Source of the DNA: Methanosphaera sp.
GTDB taxonomy: Archaea; Methanobacteriota; Methanobacteria; Methanobacteriales; Methanobacteriaceae
Reading direction: 5' to 3'
Assembly: GCF_016282985.1 (NCBI RefSeq)
Contig: NZ_JAEELZ010000041.1
Span: forward strand, 17,498-49,497
Length of the DNA: 32,000 bases
The notes under the pieces were generated by a model that saw only the letters and a program-made list of their open reading frames with translations, searched no databases and was not told the origin of the DNA. The position numbers were made by a program, and so were the translations under genes. Positions 18,278-27,600 of this stretch are shown here, piece by piece. Position 1 is the stretch's first letter; each line of letters opens with the position of its first letter.

Positions 18278-19702
18278 TTGGTTAATAATTTTAAGTTTTT
18301 TGTAGCTAAAACATTAGGTAAATTATCATTTCCTATTTTAAAGGTTTTACCTACGGGAGGAAAAAGTTTTCCCGGTTTGGTTTATTTAAACATTGCAGGA
18401 AAAGAAGCATTGGGTGATTTATCTAATCATCAGATAGATGACGGTTCTATATTAATCACTGGGACAAATGGTAAGACAACCACAACCACCATGATAATAA
18501 AAATATTGTCTAATGATTATAAATTAGCCACGTCTGTGGGAAACAACACAATTTATGCTTTAGCAACAGGTTTACTTCATGATAAAGGACAAATGGGTGT
18601 GTTTGAGTATGGAATAAGGGATATTGCACACGGAACACCTGATCTGATTTGTGATCAGATTCAACCAATATGTGTTGTTTATACTAATATTTCAAGAGAA
18701 CATACTCAGGTTGCCGGAGTAAAAAATCCATTTAAGGATTATGTAAAAGCTAAAACCTTATTGTCCGAATCAATGCATGATGGAATATTGATTACAAATG
18801 CGGATGATCCAAATACAACATTCATAGGATTAAATAAAGAAAAAGATAATCATGTTATTTATTATGGATTGGAATTGGAGGATTATGAAGATATTTTTGT
18901 AGAAGAAGATGTTTTATGTCCAAACTGTAATAATAATTTGGAATATACCAATCATTATTTTAATCAAAGAGGAATTTACCATTGCAGTTGTGGTTTCAAA
19001 AGACCGGAACCTGATGTCAAATTAACAAGATTGCTACAAGAGAATAACAAATATTATATTACAATTGATGTGGATGCATATAACTATCGTAAAAAGAATA
19101 ATATCCAGTACACATTGGAAATGGAATTGCCTGTTGTGGGAATACATAATTTATACAACTGTTTGGCAACAATAGCAACATACACGGCATTCACGGATAA
19201 AGAAAATATTAAAGATAATGTAATTAATTTCTTTGAAAACTATGAGTTTGTAATACCTCCCGGACGATTTGAAATTATTAAAATAGGTGGAAAAACTATC
19301 GGAGTAGGTCAGGGAGATAATGGGGATGCACTAAAAGTCAATTCCCTGTTGATGAAGAATTATGTTGATGATGAATTGGAATTTATTTATACAACGCCTG
19401 ATGTAAATGAGGAAGAAATATTTGAAGATCACTGTTTATCAATTAAGGGATTAAATCCTGATAAACTTGTTGTAATGCCCGGACGGGTTTCAACTGAAAT
19501 TTCAGAGGAATATTATAATCAAATTAAGGATCAATTCAATTCGGAATATTGTCCTGTAGAATTTGACTTTGAGAAAAGAATCAATAAAGTATTGGAATTG
19601 ATTAAAAATTCAGAATATAATTATATTATTATCTCAGGTTGTGGTGAAGAAATAATCTTTTGGGATGAATTAAAGAAAAAAATCAGACAATTGAATTTAT
19701 AA
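18278..19702 (+). CDS. MurT-like Mur ligase family protein (central Mur ligase domain with Cys4 zinc ribbon)
   Basis: 474 aa. It starts at TTG with GAGG 10 nt upstream. The P-loop is ITGTNGKTTT. A CPNC-x19-CSC insertion matches the CxxC...CxC ribbon typical of MurT. A GDNGDA segment resembles the MurT DNAAD region. A small hairpin and a T8 terminator follow the stop. Confidence 0.7.
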   Translation: MVNNFKFFVAKTLGKLSFPILKVLPTGGKSFPGLVYLNIAGKEALGDLSNHQIDDGSILITGTNGKTTTTTMIIKILSNDYKLATSVGNNTIYALATGLLHDKGQMGVFEYGIRDIAHGTPDLICDQIQPICVVYTNISREHTQVAGVKNPFKDYVKAKTLLSESMHDGILITNADDPNTTFIGLNKEKDNHVIYYGLELEDYEDIFVEEDVLCPNCNNNLEYTNHYFNQRGIYHCSCGFKRPEPDVKLTRLLQENNKYYITIDVDAYNYRKKNNIQYTLEMELPVVGIHNLYNCLATIATYTAFTDKENIKDNVINFFENYEFVIPPGRFEIIKIGGKTIGVGQGDNGDALKVNSLLMKNYVDDELEFIYTTPDVNEEEIFEDHCLSIKGLNPDKLVVMPGRVSTEISEEYYNQIKDQFNSEYCPVEFDFEKRINKVLELIKNSEYNYIIISGCGEEIIFWDELKKKIRQLNL

Positions 19703-19704
19703 AT

Positions 19705-19730
19705 GGTATTTTTACCAATTACTTTTTTTT
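19705..19730 (+). terminator. Terminator of the MurT-like gene: GGTA-TTTT-TACC hairpin plus T8
   Basis: The hairpin is at 19705-19716 and T8 at 19723-19730, immediately after the stop codon at 19700-19702. Confidence 0.45.
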
Positions 19731-19764
19731 ATAAAATAAAAGGAGTTTAGTATGGAATATAATT

Positions 19765-21660
19765 TTAGTTAATTATATTCTGTATCTCTTTTGTTAATAT
19801 TTTACTAACTATTTTACCGTCAGCTTTTCCTTGGAATTTTGCCATAGCTTTACCCATTAGTGGACCCATAGCACCCATCTTACGTTCTTCTATCATTGAC
19901 TTATTTTCTTCAACGATTTCTTTAATACCCTGGGCAACGGTATCTTCTGATAGTTTTTCCAGGTTGTTCTTTTTAACAGAATCCATTGGACTAATGTCTT
20001 CACAAGCATCCTTGAATATAACTTCTGTTTTTGCTGCAGGAATAACGTCATTATCTACAAGTGCAAATATTTCAACCAAAACGTCCTTGTTGAGTTTTTT
20101 AACATCATAACCGTCACGTTTCAAGTCTCTTATTGTTGACACAATATCTGAAGCAATCTTTGTAGCATCCATATTCGGTAGTTCTGCTTTAATTTCTTCG
20201 AATAAGCCTGCATTGTTACGTTGTACTAACTGTTCAGCCAGTTCATCACTAAGGGAATATTCTTTTTGGATACGTTCTTTTTTAACTGCCGGTAACTCCG
20301 GAAGATTTGATGCAATTCTTGCTACTCTTTCAGGGTCTATGATTTCTGTAGGAATGTCTGTTTCCACATACATTCTACTTGCAGTAGGTAACGGTCTCAT
20401 GTACTCGGTATTTCCATTGTCCTGTGCACGACGAGTTTCCTCAGGAACTCCAATAATCGCATCCTTTGCCCTTTCAATAACTTCATTCAATGCGTTATGT
20501 GCCTTGTCTTTTGGTCCTGCAACAAGGATGAATGCGTCATCATCTTCCAATAATAAATCATTTCTGATACTGTCAACTTCTTCCTGTGTAATACCGTAAT
20601 TTGGCAATTCGTCGGTATGGAATAATCCGGATACTCCCATTTTCTTTCCATGTTCGGAAAACTCTGTACCTAAACGTTTTCCAGGTTGTACTTCACGACC
20701 GATTAAACCGGCAAAGTGTTTGAGTTTAATAGCTAATACTCCACTGTTATCTGCTTCAAGAATACCTTTTACGACTTTGGAGTTGGTGTTTTCAAGTAAT
20801 CCTGTAACATCATAGATGCATGTTTCTACTTTAGCATCACGTTTTTGAAGCTCTTTTGCTATGTCAATAAGGTTTAATTGTCTTTGAACTTCATTTTCCA
20901 CAATGGTTGGCATAAGTTCCAGGTCCTGTACACCTTTAACTTCTATTCTTGCACCTTCCCTAATGGATATGTTAAGGTCTTGTCTAATGGTTCCAAGTCC
21001 CCTTTTAACTTTGGTACTTCTTAAGATTTGACCAAGCTGGTAGGCTACCTGTTGAACCTGTTGTGGGTGATGCATATCAGGGGAAGTTGTAATTTCTGCC
21101 AGAGGAATACCAAGTCGGTCAAGTCGGAATACTATTTTTCCTTCTTCTTCACCAATACGTCTAGCAGCATCTTCTTCAAGACCTAAAGTTTCAATTGTAA
21201 CGTTACCGAATTCTGTTTCAACATAACCGTCTGTTGCAAGGATACCTGTCCTTTGGAAACCGCTGGTGTTACTTCCGTCAATTACCTGTTTACGCATTGT
21301 GTGGAATTCATCGACAACGGTCATGTTCATAAGACTTGCAAGGATGATTGAAATATCAACGGCTTCCTGGTTAAGTTTTGCAGGAGGTTCTTCATCAGCT
21401 TCAACAAGACATGTGTGATGGTTATATGCTTCATAAACAAATTGCAGATTTCTTTGTGATTCCTCGTATGCTGCCCTGTCTATTTCACCAAGTTCACTTT
21501 GGGTAGGTCTAAGTCTACGATATATTCTACGTTCCGGTTTTTTGTCTGTTAAGGAATTTGGACATCTGCAGAATAGTTTTGTTTTGCTGTCTAATTGTTG
21601 GTGAATTTCAAGACCCATCATCAATCCTAATTCTTCATAATTAAATTTATCTTCGGACAT
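19765..21660 (-). CDS. gatE: Glutamyl-tRNA(Gln) amidotransferase subunit E
   Basis: 631 aa. The archaeal GatE N-terminus (GLEIHQQL...KLFC) is present, with a GatB/YqeY-like C-terminal tail. It lies 12 nt downstream of gatD. Confidence 0.95.
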   Translation of the reverse strand: MSEDKFNYEELGLMMGLEIHQQLDSKTKLFCRCPNSLTDKKPERRIYRRLRPTQSELGEIDRAAYEESQRNLQFVYEAYNHHTCLVEADEEPPAKLNQEAVDISIILASLMNMTVVDEFHTMRKQVIDGSNTSGFQRTGILATDGYVETEFGNVTIETLGLEEDAARRIGEEEGKIVFRLDRLGIPLAEITTSPDMHHPQQVQQVAYQLGQILRSTKVKRGLGTIRQDLNISIREGARIEVKGVQDLELMPTIVENEVQRQLNLIDIAKELQKRDAKVETCIYDVTGLLENTNSKVVKGILEADNSGVLAIKLKHFAGLIGREVQPGKRLGTEFSEHGKKMGVSGLFHTDELPNYGITQEEVDSIRNDLLLEDDDAFILVAGPKDKAHNALNEVIERAKDAIIGVPEETRRAQDNGNTEYMRPLPTASRMYVETDIPTEIIDPERVARIASNLPELPAVKKERIQKEYSLSDELAEQLVQRNNAGLFEEIKAELPNMDATKIASDIVSTIRDLKRDGYDVKKLNKDVLVEIFALVDNDVIPAAKTEVIFKDACEDISPMDSVKKNNLEKLSEDTVAQGIKEIVEENKSMIEERKMGAMGPLMGKAMAKFQGKADGKIVSKILTKEIQNIIN

Positions 21661-21672
21661 ATTATCTTTCCC

Positions 21673-22989
21673 CTAGTTTTTTATAAAGTAGTTTTGAGAT
21701 AATGTGGTATCCATTTCTCCTTTAAGATTAGTCTGCATAATCTTACGAATTTCATCTACATTATCGCTTTGGCCTGCAGCCCATAACAGTTTGGTATAAG
21801 CAGTTTCAGGTAGCATATCACTGACTGGTATAACATTACTGTTTAGAAGTCTACGTCCACTACTATAGACGTTCATGTTTGTTCTACCGAATATGCACTG
21901 GGATGTCATTACTACAGGGATTCCTTCTCCGGTAGCACGTGAAACACTGTCAATTACCTCATCGCTGCAATGTCCAAGACCGGTTCCTTCGAGTACAATT
22001 CCATCATATCCCTTGTCTGTGTATATGTCAATCAATTCTGCATCCATACCAGGATACATTTTCACAAGAGCAACTTTATCTGCTAAATTATTGTTTAATG
22101 ATAATTCAACGTCGCCTCTTTTAGTGTAGCTTACTTCTTCATCATTAATTTTCAGGGTATTGTTTTCAATAGTTGCCAATGGATCCATGTTTATGCTTGT
22201 GAATGTGTCACGACGTGAAGTGTGCATTTTACGTGCTCTTGTTCCTCTGTGAAGTGCACAAGTTGGATCGTCTTCTGATGAATGCATACAGATAGTTACT
22301 TCTGCAACATCTGATTTTGCTGATACAACGGAAGCCATAAGGTTGGTGAATGCGTCACTTGATGGTCTGTCAGAACTACGTTGTGCCCCCGTTAAGACTA
22401 TAGGTACTGGTGTGTCTATCATAAAGCTTAGTGCTGAAGCAGTGTAATGCATGGTATCGGTTCCATGTGCTATGATAACTCCGTCTGCACCATCATTTAT
22501 TTCATCATATACTGCTTCTGCCGTTTCTTTCCAGTATTGTGGGGTCATGTTTTCACTAAGTATGTTGAATATTGCCTTAGCGGTTATGTTTGCATGGTCC
22601 ACTAGTTCGGGTGTTGCTCTTAATAAATCGTCTGCAGTAAATGCCGGATGTACTGCTCCAGTTTTATAATCAATTACACTTGCTACTGTACCACCGGTTG
22701 ATAATATGGAAAGATTATCTTTTTCATCACTTATTTGTTTGTCAACAGGGTCAAGTTCGATTTTCGGTTTTTTTCCTTCCTTTATTTTTTCAATTTTTGC
22801 GTCTTTAACATCAATTCCGATGTTATATCCACTACTGAGTTTGATTATTATTGTATTTTTGTTTGTATAATCTGGTTTTTCAAGTAACATTCCTTCATGT
22901 TCAATGTTTGGTTTTGTTACTCGTACTGTGTCTCCAACGTCTATGTCAGATAATTCCAGAAATTCTTTGAGATATCCTTCATAAGCCAA
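21673..22989 (-). CDS. gatD: Glutamyl-tRNA(Gln) amidotransferase subunit D (asparaginase-like)
   Basis: 438 aa. It starts at TTG with GGAGG 6 nt upstream. Asparaginase-type motifs are present: LSTGGTVAS and IIAHGTDTM. Confidence 0.95.
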   Translation of the reverse strand: MAYEGYLKEFLELSDIDVGDTVRVTKPNIEHEGMLLEKPDYTNKNTIIIKLSSGYNIGIDVKDAKIEKIKEGKKPKIELDPVDKQISDEKDNLSILSTGGTVASVIDYKTGAVHPAFTADDLLRATPELVDHANITAKAIFNILSENMTPQYWKETAEAVYDEINDGADGVIIAHGTDTMHYTASALSFMIDTPVPIVLTGAQRSSDRPSSDAFTNLMASVVSAKSDVAEVTICMHSSEDDPTCALHRGTRARKMHTSRRDTFTSINMDPLATIENNTLKINDEEVSYTKRGDVELSLNNNLADKVALVKMYPGMDAELIDIYTDKGYDGIVLEGTGLGHCSDEVIDSVSRATGEGIPVVMTSQCIFGRTNMNVYSSGRRLLNSNVIPVSDMLPETAYTKLLWAAGQSDNVDEIRKIMQTNLKGEMDTTLSQNYFIKN

Positions 22990-23057
22990 AGTATTTCCTC
23001 CAAATTTTTAGTTAGTATAAGTTAATCGTGATAATTATCTTTTTTATTTCAATAATT

Positions 23058-23079
23058 AGCAATATATAATTATATTGCT
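23058..23079 (-). promoter_or_regulatory. Perfect 9-bp inverted repeat embedding a TATA-like element upstream of gatD
   Basis: AGCAATATA-TAAT-TATATTGCT lies 69-90 nt upstream of the gatD TTG start. On the minus strand, TTATATAT sits at its centre. Confidence 0.3.
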
Positions 23080-23113
23080 TTCATAGTTTTTATTTTTTCT
23101 TAATGATTCGTTG

Positions 23114-23190
23114 CTTATTTCTTATAACTTTTAACTAATAACTAAAAATTACATTAATTATAACTTTTTAAGTTATAACTTATAACTATA
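23114..23190. repeat. Intergenic palindromic repeat family, copy D (extended)
   Basis: CTTATTTCTTATAACT is at 23114-23129, followed by further TAACT/ATAACT units. The identical 18-mer core is at 23170-23187. Confidence 0.8.
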
Positions 23191-23247
23191 TGAATCATTT
23201 TAATTAATGGAAGTGGTATTATTTATAAAAAGATAAAAAAAGAGAAT

Positions 23248-23709
23248 TTATTCCTCGTTAGGAATAACAAGAATAGGTACTTTGGTATGTCTGACGGTTT
23301 TTTCTGTTACACTGCCTAAAAGGAATCTGTCAAGCATGTGTTTACCACTACTTGCAATAACAATCAAGTCGATGTCGTCGCTTTCAGATATTTTAAGAAT
23401 AACATCTGCAGCATTTCCTTCAATGGTTTTTGTAGTAATTTTTATATCTTTACCTTCAGAACCTTTTTCTTCTTCAATTTCTTTAATGATTGATTCGACT
23501 CTGGAAGTAACTTTTTTACTTTCTTCTTCAAGAATCATTTCGGATTTGGTAATCAAGTCTTCTTCAGGAAGTCCTGTTAGGTAAACACTATCAACAACAT
23601 TTAGAACCACAATTTCAGCATCTTCAAATTCTGCTATTGTTAATGCATGGGCAATAGCCCTTTCAGAATTTTTTGATCCATCGGTAGGTAATAATATTTT
23701 ATTATACAT
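23248..23709 (-). CDS. Universal stress protein (UspA family)
   Basis: 153 aa with GGAGG upstream. Motifs: KILLPTDGS at the N-terminus, and GSVTEKTVRHTKVPILVI at the C-terminus. Confidence 0.85.
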   Translation of the reverse strand: MYNKILLPTDGSKNSERAIAHALTIAEFEDAEIVVLNVVDSVYLTGLPEEDLITKSEMILEEESKKVTSRVESIIKEIEEEKGSEGKDIKITTKTIEGNAADVILKISESDDIDLIVIASSGKHMLDRFLLGSVTEKTVRHTKVPILVIPNEE

Positions 23710-24601
23710 AATTTAACCTCCAGTTTCTTTTACATTTTTTTATGGATATTTAAAATTATATTACTAACATTTAATATTATTATTGTTTAAGTGACGATAT
23801 TTATTTAGAGTATGATTCTTTTGTTTTGTCTTTCTTTTTTGTATTTAAAAATAAAATAAGGTATATATTTCATGTATATGTATATCATAAAAATGTAAGA
23901 TTTTATTAATAAAGTAGGTTATTTAATATTTTAACTGGAATAAAATGGCATGTAATTAGAAAATAACTAAAATTATGTTGGTTGTATTTTATTATTTTTA
24001 ATTGTAATTTACTTTGTAAATGCGTTATTTTATTATGATGTTTTGTCTTTAAAAAATTGATTGTTAGTATTTTATTTTTAATTTATCTTGAGTATATTGT
24101 TTTGATATTGAATATATTAATTAATTGTTTTTAATTAATAAAATTATTATTTTTTTTATTAATAATTATCTTGTTAATCATTTTAAAATAGTTTTTTTTT
24201 ATTAAAAATTGAACATGTTTCAAATATTTTTTTTCATATTAACTAATTTTCATCAGGATTTCTATTTTTTAAAAATTTTTCATAAATCTTTAATATAATC
24301 AATTTGTTTTTAAAATAATTAATTATATGAGTTAATTTTATGGTATAATAAAATAATATAATTATATATAGCAATTTATTCTATAAAATAACTTCAAATT
24401 AAAAATTATTAAAGGATTTATTAAAAAATAAGTTCTAATGTAATTTTTTTGGATATTTCAAATAGTAAAAAATGTATTTGGCAATATCCTATATAAAAAA
24501 TTTAGTTATATCTATAAATTGACTATATATTTTATCTTTTACTTTTGTACCGGAAGTAGGATAAAATTATTTATTAAAACAATGTTTTTTAAGGAGTCAA
24601 C

Positions 24602-27600
24602 ATGAAATTTAATAAGAAATATTGTCTTTTATTTCTTATGACAGTTCTTGTTCTACTCTTGGGTGCGGGAATGGTTTCTGCATCCGAAGCAGGCAGTGAT
24701 GTCCAAGTAATAAAAGACAATCAAGTTTTATCCACACCCGACAATTATGATGTGGATAAAGTGGTACAATCCGATAGGATTCTAACCAAATCGGAGGCAA
24801 ACGTAGAAAAGACAAGCACAAAAGATGACACAAAAAATAACATCAAATCCAATATAGACACATTTGTTAACACATCTAAAACAAATGGAGACAATCAAAC
24901 AATTGCTAATGATAAAAGTCATGGTGCAAAAATTAGTGTTAATGAAATTAGTGGAAGAACATTAAACATTGCAGGCCTGGAAAATTCCGGACTATTGCAA
25001 GAAACAATAGATGTTAAAAAAATATCTGTTAGCGACACAAACAGTATGTCCCTAAATGAAGATATGACTCCTATCTTCAAGGATAATGCTGAAGTTTCTT
25101 CAAATGATGGAATTGACATTAATACAAAGTCAAATAATCAATTACAAGAAACAGACAAAACCATAGTTAAAGAAAATCTTAACCAAAATGTCAAAACAGC
25201 TGATGGTGAAGACTCTGATGAAAGATATAGTGTTATAGTATTTGATGAGCAATATCAAAGAGTTATATATCAGAAACCATGGTTGATGAATGATACTACA
25301 TGGGTATTTTCATTAGGTGCTGGTGAAAACCAAGGCTCTGGTGCAAACCAAAACCTTACTCCGGCATATCAATACTCTTCTAAACCTGTGGGAATATATA
25401 AAAGGATTAAACTGACTGATGATTATGAGATTATTCATCCAATAACAGGTGAAAATATCTTGCCTTATGTTAGAACATTAATCTACAATAATTTTGATAT
25501 TGGGGTTATTGGTTCACACAGCAATGATTTACAAATAGTTGTCAGTAAATTTTCAAATCCTAAAATCAATTACACAAATATCACTTCTATTCCTACTCAA
25601 TCAGTATATAATGGAACTATCCGAGATTATGTAAACAGGACCATTAATCAGGTTCAATCTGGAAATGCCGTGAGCAGTTCTGGTAAATACAAGGATTCAG
25701 ATTTCTTGACTTATCAGTTTTATTTATATAAGGCTGATGAAGAGTTGAATGAATATCATCATTTTGATGCTATTGGATTCCAAATATTATCTAACATTAA
25801 TGTTAAAAAAATATGGAATGATACAAATCATACTAGTGAAAGACCGGATAATGTTACCGTAAAATTATATGCTGATGGTAATAATATTAAAAATATTACT
25901 CTAAATGAATCAAATGATTGGAAAGGTAACTTTACAGATTTACCAGTATATGCTATAGATGAAAATCCAAATCCATTAAATTCAAGTAATTGTCGAATTA
26001 CTGTAGAACCTATTGAACTTGTTGATTTAAATATCAGAAGAACAAGTACTGGAACATGGTATTATAATATCACTGCGAATGGTGAATCTATTATGGGGGT
26101 TTTTACTCTATCTTATAGTTCTAAATCTGTATTTTATAGAAATTTACCAAAATATGATTCAAATGGAAACGAAATTGTCTATGGTGCAATCAGGACTAAT
26201 AGTGCTGGTAAAATATATTCAGCAACTCAAAACTATTTCACAGTTACTACAACAGATAAAACCGGTCAAAATATAACAATACAGGTATATAATAAATCCG
26301 AAAATGAAACCATGCATCTTGGATTGTATCGAAATGGTTCTTTGTGTAATGAGTTCAATGCTTCAGGGGATAATTATACCTTTGCATTTTTAAGAGCTGA
26401 TTCAACATCAAGTTATGAATTAGTCAGATACGATATCATGCACGTGGTTAATTATACCATTGGTGAAGTAGCGGATCCTGATGTTTATGACCAAATTATT
26501 AATGTTACTACTGTGGATATTGGCCCATTGCATAATTCATTAAGAACTTCCATAATATCTAATGATTTTCTTGTTTACAAGGATAATTTAAATCCACTAA
26601 TTAAAGACATAACAATCACTAATACTTATCCTAATAGACCAAAAATATGGGATAATATTGGATTAAAATATATTACAAGTGAAGATTCTATAGTTTCTGA
26701 TGGAAATTACAGTACTTTGTCCTACTGGTATAAATATAATGTTTATTATTATTGGGATTCTTATGCATTGCCATTTTTAATGAATGATACTACCTGGGCT
26801 TACTGTATAGAACCAAGCAATCGAGCACAACCAAATGGTTTATATGGAGAAGGATTATTACCTGGAAGTTTCAAACGATTGACTTTAACGAATGAAAAGA
26901 TTATTCACCCAGTAACTGGTGAGGACATATTACCTTATCTAAGAACTGCATTATATTATCACTTTAATGATACAGAAAACTTCACTACTCAAAGTGGAGG
27001 AAAACCACAAATAAGGTGGTTATTATATGCATTTACTGGTGGTTACAATTATACTGATCCAAATGCTCCTGAAAGTATGGAAACTTATAGGGCGGATGGA
27101 CCTACCAGAATGGAATTTGTTAGAGAAATTATGGATCTAGTTAAATCTGGTAAAGGAATAAACAACACAGGTTCATTCTATGGTTCTGATTATTTAACAT
27201 ATCAATTCTATATTTATTATACTGAAACTGACAATATTGAAGATCATTACCAAAATACCATTGGTTTCAATATTTTAACTAAAATAAATGTCACCAAAGA
27301 CTGGAAAGATTTTGACAATATTGATAATACCAGGCCAGAGAATATAACTGTGGACTTATTGGCTGATAATGTTGTTGTCGCTAATGCTACATTAAATTCA
27401 ACAAATGGTTGGAAGTATAATTTTACAGATTTACCAGTTTATAAAATATATAATGAAGAAGTTAAAGAACCAGACTTTACAGTTACAACTACAACTGCAG
27501 AGGCATGGAATGTAACAGTTAAATTGAACTGGGTTGATGGTACACCTACAGCAGATCATGTTATTGTTTATCCAATAAAAGGATCACAATATCTTCAACC

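Noticed and set aside
20213-22669. Plus-strand ORFs 20213..20599, 21875..22129, 21939..22124 and 22451..22669
   Set aside because: They are antisense to gatE and gatD, which have unambiguous family motifs over their full lengths.
23710-24601. AT-rich 0.9 kb region as a possible replication origin
   Set aside because: There is no adjacent cdc6/orc1 gene. I saw no repeated ORB or mini-ORB-like element (no recurring TTACA.TTGAAA-type boxes). The only palindrome (TTGAACATGTTTCAA) is single-copy and imperfect.
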